Shown here: piece after piece, positions 36,041 to 48,104 of the stretch
Numbering within the stretch: position 1 is the stretch's first letter
Layout of the letters: the number at the start of each line of letters is the position of its first letter
Notes under the pieces: model-generated
What the model was told of the DNA's origin: nothing
The model's database searches: none
Seen by the model: only the letters and a program-made list of their open reading frames with translations
Assembly (NCBI RefSeq): GCF_001194135.2
Contig: NC_068989.1
Location: 58,205,163 to 58,253,300 of the forward strand
Direction of reading: 5' to 3'
Origin: Octopus bimaculoides
Taxonomy: Eukaryota
Length of the DNA: 48,138 nt
Made by a program: the position numbers and the translations under genes

Positions 36041-36669
36041 ATTAGAAATCAGTCAGATTGTTGTTGTTGTTGGGGGAGTAGGAAGGGGTGGCATGTGCAA
36101 GTATACAGTTCTATATGTGGGTGTGTAAACGTGCTCATATAGTTTTGCGTGCATGTGTATACTGATGCGAGTGTGCACATCTGTACATGGTCGCGTACGC
36201 GCACGTCTGCACACAAACACACATGCTTGGACGAACATGTACGCGTGCACAAGCACACACATACACAAGCGTTAGCACACATGAGTATTCATTCATATGT
36301 ACATGTGTATAGTCGTATGTATATGAGTGTGCGTGCACACACACGTGCACATGTGCACCCACGCGTGCGCGAGTATACACGCGCAAAACAAGCGTTGGGA
36401 ATTGGTAAGCGTGGGGATTGGTATGCATTGGGGATTGATAAACGTTGGGGATTAGTAAATGGCGGTCCTGCTCATGAGGTTGGTTGGTAGTGGTGACCTT
36501 GGTGCAGATGGTGCAGTGTAGCAGCCGGTGCTAAGGTGGTATATCCGGGTTGTCGGCAGTCAGAGGCCTGAAATCGTATTTCTTGTTGATGAATACTGCG
36601 GGTTGTTGGAGGATATTCAGTTTTTCGCGGTGGTAGAGCTGTATGTATGTATGTATGTATGTATGTATG

Positions 36670-39079
36670 TGTAGGGAATTGGTTATACACCATTAGGTGT
36701 ATACCCACTTCCGTACATTAAATTCTAAATAACAACGAAACGCAGAACTCTGAACTATCAACACAACAATATTTATTTGTGAAGGAAAATAGGCATGGTT
36801 GCTGAGACGCCGGAATGTTGTGAGCTGTCCCCAGAGTTGGAATGTTGGAGAGACAGCTTGACATGACCATGCTCATGGCCGCCCGGCCGGGAAAAGAGAA
36901 AGAATCAGGGCGCCAAACTTGGATATTGATGACTACGCATGCGCACGAGACAAGGCGTTACNNNNNNNNNNNNNNNNNNNNNNNNNNNNNNNNNNNNNNN
37001 NNNNNNNNNNNNNNNNNNNNNNNNNNNNNNNNNNNNNNNNNNNNNNNNNNNNNNNNNNNNNNNNNNNNNNNNNNNNNNNNNNNNNNNNNNNNNNNNNNNN
37101 NNNNNNNNNNNNNNNNNNNNNNNNNNNNNNNNNNNNNNNNNNNNNNNNNNNNNNNNNNNNNNNNNNNNNNNNNNNNNNNNNNNNNNNNNNNNNNNNNNNN
37201 NNNNNNNNNNNNNNNNNNNNNNNNNNNNNNNNNNNNNNNNNNNNNNNNNNNNNNNNNNNNNNNNNNNNNNNNNNNNNNNNNNNNNNNNNNNNNNNNNNNN
37301 NNNNNNNNNNNNNNNNNNNNNNNNNNNNNNNNNNNNNNNNNNNNNNNNNNNNNNNNNNNNNNNNNNNNNNNNNNNNNNNNNNNAAAACACAGAACATAGT
37401 AAAAGTGTCTGTAGAGAAAAAATCCATTTTGTATAAGAGTTACACAAGATGATAGCATGTCCATACGCAGGAAGTTGTGGTCAAGGAGCAGAGCTGTGGT
37501 TGAGCGTCGATGCTGAGACTTGTGTTACCTGGTACGGAATATTCTATAAAAGTTACACAAGGAGATTTGGAATGTTAATACGCAGGAAGTTGTGGTCAGT
37601 GAGCAGAGCTGTAGTTGAGCGTCGGATGCTAGGACTTGTGTTACCTGGTACTGAACATTCTGGATGGTCTGTTGAACGTGAGTGGAAACAACCACTCTAA
37701 AAGAGTCGAAATAAAACCGCGCTTGTTGATGTTGGTTGCTTGTGTACTTGGAGAAATCATGTTGATGTTGGCGATGCTGGTAGTACGTTGAGTCGTATTG
37801 TTGTTGGCGACGTCGGGGTCGATGCTTGTAGTTGGTAGTGGTTGTTGATGGCGACGGCGGTGTGTAGTCGTAGCTGGAGATGCTGTCATGAATTCGGAGC
37901 TGCGAGCGAAAATGACCAAAAAATCTCGATGCAAATAAAGATAAGCCAGTAACTCTTCCATTCTCCGGCCGAGAGAAACGGAGAGGTGTGAAATATGCTG
38001 AACTGGGAACAAGTAAGCATCAATAAATGTCATGTGCTCACTGAAATGTAACTGTGCATTTTTACTGCTATTTTCAGCAAGTAGAGGATGCTGTGAGCGA
38101 ATGAATTGACGTCCCGTGAATTTTGTAGGAAATTGCTCAAAAAGTTGTTAGGATGAAATAACCGTGATGTTTTTTGTTTGAAAAATCACAAAGGTCTTAG
38201 CAGTAAANNNNNNNNNNNNNNNNNNNNNNNNNNNNNNNNNNNNNNNNNNNNNNNNNNNNNNNNNNNNNNNNNNNNNNNNNNNNNNNNNNNNNNNNNNNNN
38301 NNNNNNNNNNNNNNNNNNNNNNNNNNNNNNNNNNNNNNNNNNNNNNNNNNNNNNNNNNNNNNNNNNNNNNNNNNNNNNNNNNNNNNNNNNNNNNNNNNNN
38401 NNNNNNNNNNNNNNNNNNNNNNNNNNNNNNNNNNNNNNNNNNNNNNNNNNNNNNNNNNNNNNNNNNNNNNNNNNNNNNNNNNNNNNNNNNNNNNNNNNNN
38501 NNNNNNNNNNNNNNNNNNNNNNNNNNNNNNNNNNNNNNNNNNNNNNNNNNNNNNNNNNNNNNNNNNNNNNNNNNNNNNNNNNNNNNNNNNNNNNNNNNNN
38601 NNNNNNNNNNNNNNNNNNNNNNNNNNNNNNNNNNNNNNNNNNNNNNNNNNNNNNNNNNNNNNNNNNNNNNNNNNNNNNNNNNNNNNNNNNNNNNNNNNNN
38701 NNNNNNNNNNNNNNNNNNNNNNNNNNNNNNNNNNNNNNNNNNNNNNNNNNNNNNNNNNNNNNNNNNNNNNNNNNNNNNNNNNNNNNNNNNNNNNNNNNNN
38801 NNNNNNNNNNNNNNNNNNNNNNNNNNNNNNNNNNNNNNNNNNNNNNACGAAACGCAGAACTCTGAACTATCAACACAACAATATTTATTTGTGAAGGAAA
38901 TAGGCATGGTTGCTGAGACGCCGGAATGTTGTTGTGAGCTGTCCCCAGAGTTGGAATGTTGGAGAGACAGCTTGACATGACCATGCTTATGGCCGCCCGG
39001 CCGGGAAAAGAGAAAGAATCAGGGCGCCAAACTTGGATATTGATGACTACGCATGCGCACGAGACAAGGCGTTACTACA
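36670..39079 (-). mobile_element. LTR pair with no visible coding region (non-autonomous LTR element); the interior is partly gaps
   Basis: Direct repeats at 36670-36961 and 38848-39079; outer ends TGTAG...CTACA; TATG on both flanks; AATAAA on the minus strand; the copies differ at three sites. Confidence 0.6.
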
Positions 39080-40059
39080 TATGCATGCATGTATGCATGT
39101 ATGTATATATGCATGTATGTATGTATGTATGTATGTATGCATGCATGCATGGATAAAGTAAATAATGAAACTAGTAAAAATACGGACTACGAGCCAATAG
39201 AGTATATTTCAGTAAGCTTATTGGGTCATTTTTACCATACGATTTTTACCTAAATTCTTACCCTTTAAAAACCACTTGGCGCCTAACTCAGCCAGACGGC
39301 CTAGACAGACCGCTAAGACCAGACGATCTCGGGGATTCGCGTAGACCACCTCGGGCACTCACAGATGGTAGACCGATAAGATCAGACCACCTCGAGCAAG
39401 AAGCGACTTTGGACCCTCATATGAAGTACCACAGCTAACAAAACAAATGCGCGGTTCTCTCCTCCAGTCAGCGGTTACATTATCAGCATCTTTCTTTCGT
39501 AAACAGCTAATGCAAAAAATCATGTCCAGCAATAAATATGTTAAAAGTTTGTAAGTTGCTTCATTTATTATACACGCAGCCAGCTAGATCTCGCGACAAT
39601 GTTCTTCAACCATACATACAGTGAACGAGCAGCCTCGTGACATTGGGAATTATGCAATCTCACAACACCTCCAGTTACGTATGGTTCTTGGTTTACACAA
39701 GAAGTTAGCAAACTTATATCATTGACTCTTTTCATGGATTCGTTGATAACTTATTGACCCCCATCTTGTAAATTTCTATGATAAATTTAAAGAATGAAAA
39801 AATTTTTCTATGATAAATTTAAGAATGAGAAAATTTTCTAGATTTAAAAATGTTAATCCCTTCGTTCTTTTGTGTCACTACTGCATTTTAATAAGAAATA
39901 TTTGAAGAAATTTAATTAAAATACTTAACAAAATCGATAAAGAACAATAAAAATGCAGTTGTATCATATTGATATAGTTAGAATATTTAATGTGAAATAC
40001 GCATTTGGTGAATACTATCCACGTGATCTATGTTACGTGATCCGCGTGATCTATGTTAC

Positions 40060-41721
40060 GAGAGAGAAGCGACGGCGTACGCGGATGATGTCACCATCAT
40101 CGTGTCTGATGAAGGGCAGCTACCTCGTGTAGAAGATTCCATCAAAAGATACGAAGCATTGGCAGGAGCAAAAATTAACAAGGAAAAATCAGTCGGCTTG
40201 CAACTCGACACCTGGAGGAGCAAGTCGATGCCTCCCAACAGCATCGTAGGACGTTGGGCGGAGGGCCCGGTTAAACTGCTCGGAGTTTGGTTTGGGCCAA
40301 ATCTCCAGATGGAGAAAAACTGGAGCGAGGTTACAAGCAAAGTGACTACCCTAACCCAGACCTGGTCTGGGAAGACGTTATCCTTGCTAGGGAGAGCCGA
40401 GGTTGTACAGGTGTTTATAGCATCTGTGATAACCTACCGCCTAACCATCGTGCCTTGCTCCAGGTTGTGGCTGAACAAGTTGGAACAGATCCTCTTCCGC
40501 TTTTTGTAGAAGGAGAAACCACCACTTGTGAGGCCCTCCATCTGCTGCTAGAAACCGTTAAAGGGTGGGTTAGGGATGCTGTGGCTGATGATGCGCAAAT
40601 TTGCACTGAGGCTGAAACATCTCTGGCTCTACCTGGATGGTGAACAGGTGTGATCACCGCATGTCAAGTTCCTTTTTCCACAATTAATGTCTCTACGAGT
40701 CTTAGGCCCATGGATCAGGCGTAGACCTAGAATGGGCGAATGGCAGAAGGAGTGCAGACAAGCACTCACTCTGCTCTCCCGGGCGAGCGATACCGGCAGC
40801 GGGGCTACTACTGCGGATTTTTATAGCGGGTTGTTAGAGCATAAGTCTGACGACGGCCTGGGGGAGGCTCTAGGCTTCGATAGAGACCAACTAATCAACC
40901 TGTTCGGAAGGACATTCGGGCCGAGGTAACTGGATAACTTCCAGAAATCCCAGGCTTGGTTGTGCTACCGATCGGCTTTACCGGTTCGAGAGAGGTTGTC
41001 AAGGAACGGGTTTGGTGTCCACCCCACCACATGCCCGAGGTGCGGGTGCGACAGTGAAACTGTCGCGCATGCCTTCGTGCAGTGTGAGGAATTGAGGGGG
41101 CTGATAGCCTATGTCGAACAACTGATGTCGGAAACTGAAAGAGCACAGTTATCGGCTGAGTCCATCATTAAGATCGTACCACCTTCTTCCTTTAACAAGG
41201 AAAGGGAGGCGTCCTTTTTCTGTGTAGTAGCCATACTAAAAGACACAGTATGGACGACTCGTGGAAGGGGAACTGAGATAGACAACTTTATCTCTGGACG
41301 CGGGCTGGTTAGTTATTTCATCTACCACCTGCTAAGTAAGATCCGTCAAGAGAAAAGGAGCCTGTCTCAAAGAGTATTTGGGAAAAGATGGATGACAGTA
41401 GTAAGGATGCTGAGAGCAAATGGGACCGAGCTAATGTAGCCGGTCAAAGCGAAAAGAAGGAAAAAAGATGATTATGAACAAAAAAATTAAGGAAAACATA
41501 GGATTAAAAAAAAAGGAAGAAAAGGAAACAGGCGGATTGAATAAAAACCCAAAGGACTATCGTTTATAGTAATTACTCATTTTTAAAAATTTTCATTCGA
41601 TTTATCCGTATTCATTATATAATTTTTATTCACATTTTTTTCATGATTGTATCACCCATTATATGTTGTAATCTCCTTGTGCGTCCCCTTGATGTATACC
41701 TTTCATAGGTGAATAAAGAAA
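40060..41721 (+). mobile_element. 5'-truncated L1/Tx1-clade LINE: RT C-terminus, Zn finger, A-rich 3' UTR
   Basis: AYADDVTII, INKEKSVG, VKLLGVWFG, then CPRCGCDSETVAHAFVQC; stops and frameshifts; possible 7-bp TSD ATGTTAC (40053-40059, 41722-41728). Confidence 0.9.
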
Positions 41722-42802
41722 ATGTTACAATCATCTGAAATTGATCGGTTGGTTTGGACGCCTTTTTGGTAAATATTGTGATTTTTGTTGAAATTATTGT
41801 TAGAAGTATTACCGTTTTGCTGAACTTTTATTGTTTATTTCGAAACACCTTATTTTACTTCCTTTTGGCAGATTTGTTAACGGTTTCCCTATTGGGAAAA
41901 ATTTTTCCCTTTTTGAATATTTTGTTATCATGTTGAACATAAGTTCATCAGATGTGTCTTCGTCGGACGAAGATTTGAACCAGCAAGTTCAGGAGTTGAA
42001 CAGAAAATTGTTGAAAGACACAAAAGAAATGAAAATTACAGGTGGAAAACAAAAAGTAAACAACTTTGAGGCTGTTGCCGGTGTCAACAGGGAAGACTTG
42101 GAACTTGAAAACCAACAACTAGGCAAGTTTGAAGAAATGCTTCTAAGAGAAGGGTATGAGATCAAACTTACCCCTCCCAGTGAGGTGACGCATAATACCA
42201 CTCGAAAAACCATTATTTTTAAGACAGTATCAATTAAGATAAAAAACTGAAAAGAATTGCCAAGAATCCACAGCAGTAATTGTTTTCACCTTAATAGACG
42301 TCAGTGATTGATTGAAATTACCGAAATACGACAACTTTTAACATGAAATAACTTCGAATATAAAATTTTTTCTCTGTTCTATAAGACAAAATATACAAGT
42401 ATACGAAGTTTTAAAGTGTTTCGGTAGAAAACACGCTAAATAAAACATAAATAAAAAATGGTGCCTGCCAAATCAGAAAGATCCAAATTATATCACTGCG
42501 TATGAAACAAACAATGAAAATTTAAAAAATGAATTTGCCACTTTACAAAACGTACAAACGTTTGCTAGTCCTGATATCAGTGACTTTCCCATCCACATAA
42601 ATGTTATCCACATCGATAGGGCCAACCACAAACGTTTAAAAAAATTATTTCCAGAGGAGGTTGGCCTTCTAAGGAAAAACTTTTCGACAGCACGGTATAA
42701 TAGACTCATCAACGTGTCCCTACAGACCACGGATGATGAGGTGGGTTAACCCTCCTCCAATAAAGGTAAGACCGCTTTTTTTTTTTTTTTTTNNNNNNNN
42801 NN

Positions 42803-43208
42803 ACCGACAGGGTGGGGTGGCGTCGTGGTTCTTCTCAGGAAGGCTTTAAAGTTACAAGTAAGAACAATATTTGTTGACCTGGAGGGAAGGCTGGTTGTCG
42901 TTGATGGGACGCACAGCAGTGGTAAGTCCTTCAGGTTGGTGGCTGTCTACGCTCCTTGTAGAGTGGGACAGTCCGACTTTTTTCGAAGTCTTGAAATTTT
43001 TCTAGGCACGTCACACACTTTAGTGTTGTTAGAAGACTTTAACACAATCTGCGATGCACGCGTAGATTATGTTGGCTCAACTTCTGTTAGGAGGGGTAAC
43101 TCATGCCTCAACGATCTGCTCATTCGCTTTCAGCTGGCAGACCGTTACAGACTAGAATTTCCGGACGCTCTAGTGTGGACCTGGTCTAATAGCGACGGAT
43201 CTTCCAGA
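42803..43208 (+). mobile_element. APE endonuclease fragment of an L1/Tx1 LINE
   Basis: GGVVVLL, LVAVYAP, LLEDFN (GDFN variant), WTWSNSDGSSR. Confidence 0.85.
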
Positions 43209-43366
43209 TATTTATGTTACCGGAATAAACAAACTTGTAACTCGTTGGCAAGAATGTGTTGATTGTAATGGTACTTACTTTGATGAATAAAATGTCCGCA
43301 TTGTTGAAATATATTGCGATGAATTTCATGTTTCAAAGCGTTGCTTACTTTTTACACAGCCTGATA
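43204..43366 (+). mobile_element. Mariner 3' end
   Basis: YVTGINKLVTRWQECVDCNGTYFDE* followed by TIR-like gttgcttactttttacacagcctgaTA. Confidence 0.8.
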
Positions 43367-45008
43367 GTTATTGTACCGATACTTGGCTGGAAATTAATGA
43401 GTTATAACCTTAAATTACCAAGCTCTTCTAAATTTAGTTCGCTAATAATTCAAAATCGTTTCAAGTGTTTATCAACTTCTTAGATAGCCGCATAGATCCT
43501 TAGAGTCAATATTGACGACTTAACCAACTCCTGGTCTACAAGTTTTAGCCTAAATTGAAACTGATTTCATTATACGATTGACCATAAGCATTAGCTATAA
43601 TATTGATAGTGGACTCACATTTAGAATGTAGAAACAACATCATACAACATGAAGGTCTTCTCAGCTTTATGAGACAAGAAAATGCTATGGCAAACTGTAT
43701 TTTGATTGATTTCAGTGTTTATAGCCTTTGGTGAAAGGCGCCTCTAATAAACTCTTCTGTAGATGAAATACGAATTTTACAACATTTTGATATTTGTCTG
43801 CAACGCCAAAATCATGCAACGAATATAGTTTTATTCGTTCATGAGTATATTTTTACTGATACAAATTTAGATACAATAAAAATTGTTTGTTCTTGTCTAG
43901 TGTGTAATGCAATTTCCACTATATTCTTTCATAATTCATGCCGCTCTATTTCATCAAAGTAACCAGCTTCGGTATCTCCACAGACTTAAAAATAAATCCC
44001 ATTTATCGTTCTTATCAAGCTTCGTTAAGTCTTATGATAACTTTCAAACTGGATAATAAATTCATCAAAGACCTCGGCAGAATTATACTTTTTACAGAAA
44101 AGTTTACTTTATTGACGGCAGTTGTTTAGCACCAACTCGGCACTGATGGAGTACACCTACTGATCAAGCCGTAACCATCAGTCTTTTCCCTTTTTTAGAA
44201 CTGCATAACTCAGTAGGGTTTTGTATGAAGTATATTTAGCTCTTATTTCTCGCAGATCAAGCGACCATATAGTCTTCCTTCGTTGCATCATAAACTATTG
44301 ACTAAAGTGACTAAGGTTGAAAAGTATCAAGATCTTTATCACTGTAATCATCAGGTTCAGTCAAAGGTTCTCTTAACCTTAAATATGAAGTTAATATGAC
44401 TGTTTCATAGAATGCACCAGCTTATCTACGGTACAGAAAGGCTTTATCCTTTTGCCTTTAATCCATCTAGATAAGAAATTATTCTCCCTTGGACATACTG
44501 CTAGTCTATTGCTGGCAACATTCATATTTCCAAACAGCAAATGTATTGAGCTTATGTACAATAAGGTTTCAGCTGCAGATTTGAACTCACAACACTTGGG
44601 CAGATTGTGTAATCAATACTTATCCTCACAACTTTTCGTTTCGACTAATTAACGAGGTGAATTGAGTACAAATAAATAGCTTTGGGAGAGAAAAAAAATC
44701 TATTGCTATCATTAGCGACAAGCTCTGAATAATAGAAAAAAGAAGAAAGAAGAAATCTTTATTTAATGAATGTAATCAATCGGAAAATGTACATAAATTG
44801 AATATCACAGGTTTCTTTCAACCCAATCGTCAATATAATCAGGTTGAAATCAGATTGTGTTGAATGAGCACCACTAAGGAAGACTGATCAAGAGTTTTCT
44901 TTGATGCAGCAAATATAAAGTTATCAGCCTCAGAAATCATTAATAAAACAACACTTTATTTACATTATTTACATTCGACGGATATTTGTCCTCATCTTGT
45001 TTGTTGTT

Positions 45009-45054
45009 AACACAACGTTTCGGCTGATATACCCTCCAGCCTTCTTCAGGTGTC
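45009..45054 (-). ncRNA. Minimal type-I hammerhead (left arm)
   Basis: GACAC-CTGAAGA-A-GGCTG[GAGGGTATAT]CAGCC-GAAA-C-GTT-GTGTT. Confidence 0.75.
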
Positions 45055-45112
45055 TTGGGGAAATTTCGAACCTGGGTTCTCATTCCTAAGCTATTTTTCG
45101 ATGTTATTATTA

Positions 45113-45156
<44 letters not shown>

Positions 45157-45246
45157 GTAATGACCTTGACAATAATAATAATAATAATAATAATAACATC
45201 GAAAAATACCTTAGGAATGAGAACCCAGGTTAAAAATTTCCCCCAA

Positions 45247-45286
45247 GACACCTGAAGACGGCTGGAATCAGCCGAAACGTTGTGTT
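45247..45286 (+). ncRNA. Minimal type-I hammerhead (right arm)
   Basis: GACAC-CTGAAGA-C-GGCTG[GAAT]CAGCC-GAAA-C-GTT-GTGTT. Stem III is a loopless ACGT palindrome and the GUU site is at 45279-45281. Confidence 0.75.
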
Positions 45287-46419
45287 AACAACAAACAAGA
45301 TGAGGACAAATATCCGTCGAATGTAAATAAAGTAAATAATGTACATAATTCCTCATCTTTTAAATATAGAACTATAAAACACCACTTCAATTAGTTTTCT
45401 TGTTTATTTCCTTTCACAGACATGAGTGTTGTTGTTGTTGTTTTTCCTCAGGTCAACCTTGATGGAACAGACCTATGATCAAGGACAGTTCAGCTGTGAC
45501 CATCTCGTCTTTTAAGAGTAACTATCTAGGGGAGGAGGCTCCGAATGCCCCATGAAACCCAAGATCTGCAGCTGAAAATTTCCTCAACATAGCTTAGATC
45601 TGGGTAAGGCTTTTTAGAGAATACTAACAGATGCCCATGTTTGATAGTATCCTCTTTCTATAACTTATTTGTCTCTCAACGGAAAGGCAAATGCTGATAC
45701 AACTCGGCACCAGTATTATCCCAGATGCTGTCAGCGGTACTCGTGGAGCTGAAACAGAAACAACAAAGTATCTCATCTGTCGCTCTAACACAAAACTTCT
45801 TAACCTAAGGAGTAGTGGGCATTGTGAAATCACAAGGTGGACACAAGAGGAATCACTGGTTGTTTAGAAGGGCTGTGGTTTTTCTAAGAACAATACAGAT
45901 AAATTAAACACATTTAAAAAAAAAATATCCGTTAGTATTAGATTGAGAAGGACATTGTGTTAGCAGCAAGCTGAAAACATGACTGCCAAGAACCAATGTA
46001 ATTTCATTATAATAAGCTTTTGTTTTTATTTATTCATATAAAAATTTTGGATGGGGGACACTATTACATGTAAATATCTGAAATGAAGCTCACGCTAGGT
46101 CAGATATAAAAACAGATAAACCACTGCACAAAATTAGTTTCAGTTTAATAATGTTATATTTCTTTAACTTAGAAAACGTGCGAAGGGGTAGTTTGTAAAA
46201 TTCCATTCTATGATGAAAGGAGTCAATGAGCAACAAAAAGTGAAGAACCACTGCTCAGACACTTCCGCATATTCACGGCTCTGAGCTGAGGCTTTACTTC
46301 GAAAGAACGACAGACAGTTGACCTCGGTAGGGCTTGAATCGGGTACTAGAACAAGCGCCTTATGAAATTCCATCTGATGTGCAAACGAGTCAGCCAATAG
46401 GTCAAACAAAATATTTTTG

Positions 46420-47010
46420 TTACATACGACTATCATAAAAAAATACCGAACTGCACAGGGTTTTCTTCCTGCTTCGAAACAGCTTCAGCCTCACTCGCAT
46501 GATATGCCGTTTTGCATTCCAATACTTTATTTCAATCCGCCATCTCTCTACTCAGTTCGATTCTTTGTTAACGATTGTTTTCCTCCATTACCAGCATCGA
46601 TCTGTCTGATCTAACTCGGGCACAGACCCATTTACATCTAAAATATGGAGGTCTGGGATTCCGTTCGGTGCTTCGTTTTTCTGTTTTCTCGCCGGGTTCC
46701 TACAGCTCAACTCAACCACCTCTTAGCTTCAGCAACAAAAGAGGACCTATTTTCAGACTGGTCATCCGCACATAGATTTGTATTCGAGCTGAAAGAGAGC
46801 CAGAGATCACAAAATAGCATTGCTTGTGAAGGAGGACGCTGATTTGCTCGCTGAAGATGTTGACCAATGTGACAGAGGTCGATGACTCCCAGACAGATCT
46901 CCAGGATCAGGAGCTTGGATTGATGCTTTTTCTTTATCATCGAGCACCTCAAGTCTAAAGAATTGTGTACTTCTGCTGCTATCCGTTTATGTGATTATGT
47001 GCAGTGGAAG
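46420..47010 (+). mobile_element. Highly degenerate CRE-like (early-branching) non-LTR retrotransposon fragment
   Basis: FCIPILYF, FSSITSIDLSDLTRAQTHLHLKYGGLGFRS, GAWIDAF and SAAIRL occur in the order expected downstream of the RT in CRE-type elements. Confidence 0.55.
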
Positions 47011-48104
47011 TGTGGTCCTTTATGATTTGCATCGACAAAAAAAAAAGGTCAGTTCATAAACTTTACAAACTTCAATAAATTTGTATACCGTGGGAAGAGG
47101 GGTGTCTAGATATTCAAGGGAGGACCCATCTTTAAAATATTAGAAATCAGATCCCCATGCTACATACAAACTTACTCAAATTTAACAAACTTTCTCATAG
47201 AAGACCATTTCAATCTGGCCTTAATATCCGAATTCCTGCAAATAAGACGGAGAGAGTAAAGAAATGGATTAAATTGTGTGTGTGTGTGTGCATGCGTGCG
47301 TGCGTGCGTGTGTGTGTGTGGGGGGGGGATATGTAACAAAAGCAGGTTTTCTAAATTCAAATTTGAAACATTTTGAGAAGAGTGAAGGTCCCCGACTGTC
47401 GACAAATAAATGTGTGGATGACACCTGTACGGTTCTTACTGCTATGGGATAGAAGTGGGAATGTAAAGTATATTTTGCTAGGGCCACTATTGGCGGTACA
47501 ATATTTATCGTACTATATAAGGTTTACAGAAGCAAAAAGGCCATTAAGTATCACACCAATGTACATATGATCTAAGATCCCATCTCTCACCTGGCCTCAA
47601 ATGTTTAGGGTCAAAGAGAGTACCGACAGACCATATCTGAGATTAAAATGAGCCAACGAGGGAGCCGATACTTGATAGCGCGATCTAACAGAAACAGCAG
47701 ACAAATCTCTGAAATCACATCATCCTCTAAAAGGATGGGAACGTTGTATCTAAAATACCTAGGCATGCTCGATGAGGGCTCGCTTGGGGTTTAACTACAA
47801 CTATAATAACCAGACTTAAGAAAGAACAAAAACAGAATGGACAGTGACATAAAATGCTATAGTTTCAGCAATCGATCAAAACAGGTAGATGTTGTTTAAC
47901 TCCATGGCTACCCTGATCCGTAATGGATCCGTAATGGATCAAAGATGATTTTAGTTGCATTTTTACAGTAAATGTATCTAGGATAACAAAATACACTGCA
48001 CCGTTCATTCTTCTTTGACAAGGATGAGAGATTGCTGTGATACTAGAAGTTTGACACACACGCATACATACATAGGGACGGGCACACATACACGTGTGTG
48101 TGTA

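Larger units (their letters stand above)
44953..45375. repeat. Foldback inverted repeat (about 150-bp arms plus an (ATT)n/(AAT)n core), one hammerhead per arm
   Basis: Arms about 44953-45103 and 45197-45342; triplet tracts face each other around the spacer 45157-45170; there is no N gap. Confidence 0.95.

Noticed and set aside
36390-36456. CRISPR-like array
   Set aside because: The units are directly adjacent with no unique spacers, the context is eukaryotic, and there are no cas genes. No CRISPR array was found anywhere in the window.
39770-39845. Short local tandem duplications (also 35346-35403, 40022-40060, 47916-47941)
   Set aside because: They are ordinary slippage-type duplications with no further structure.
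43370-44130. Possible further retroelement coding remnant on the minus strand (..KNDKWDLFLSLWRYRS..)
   Set aside because: It has too many stops and only one weak integrase-like phrase, so it cannot be supported without a search.
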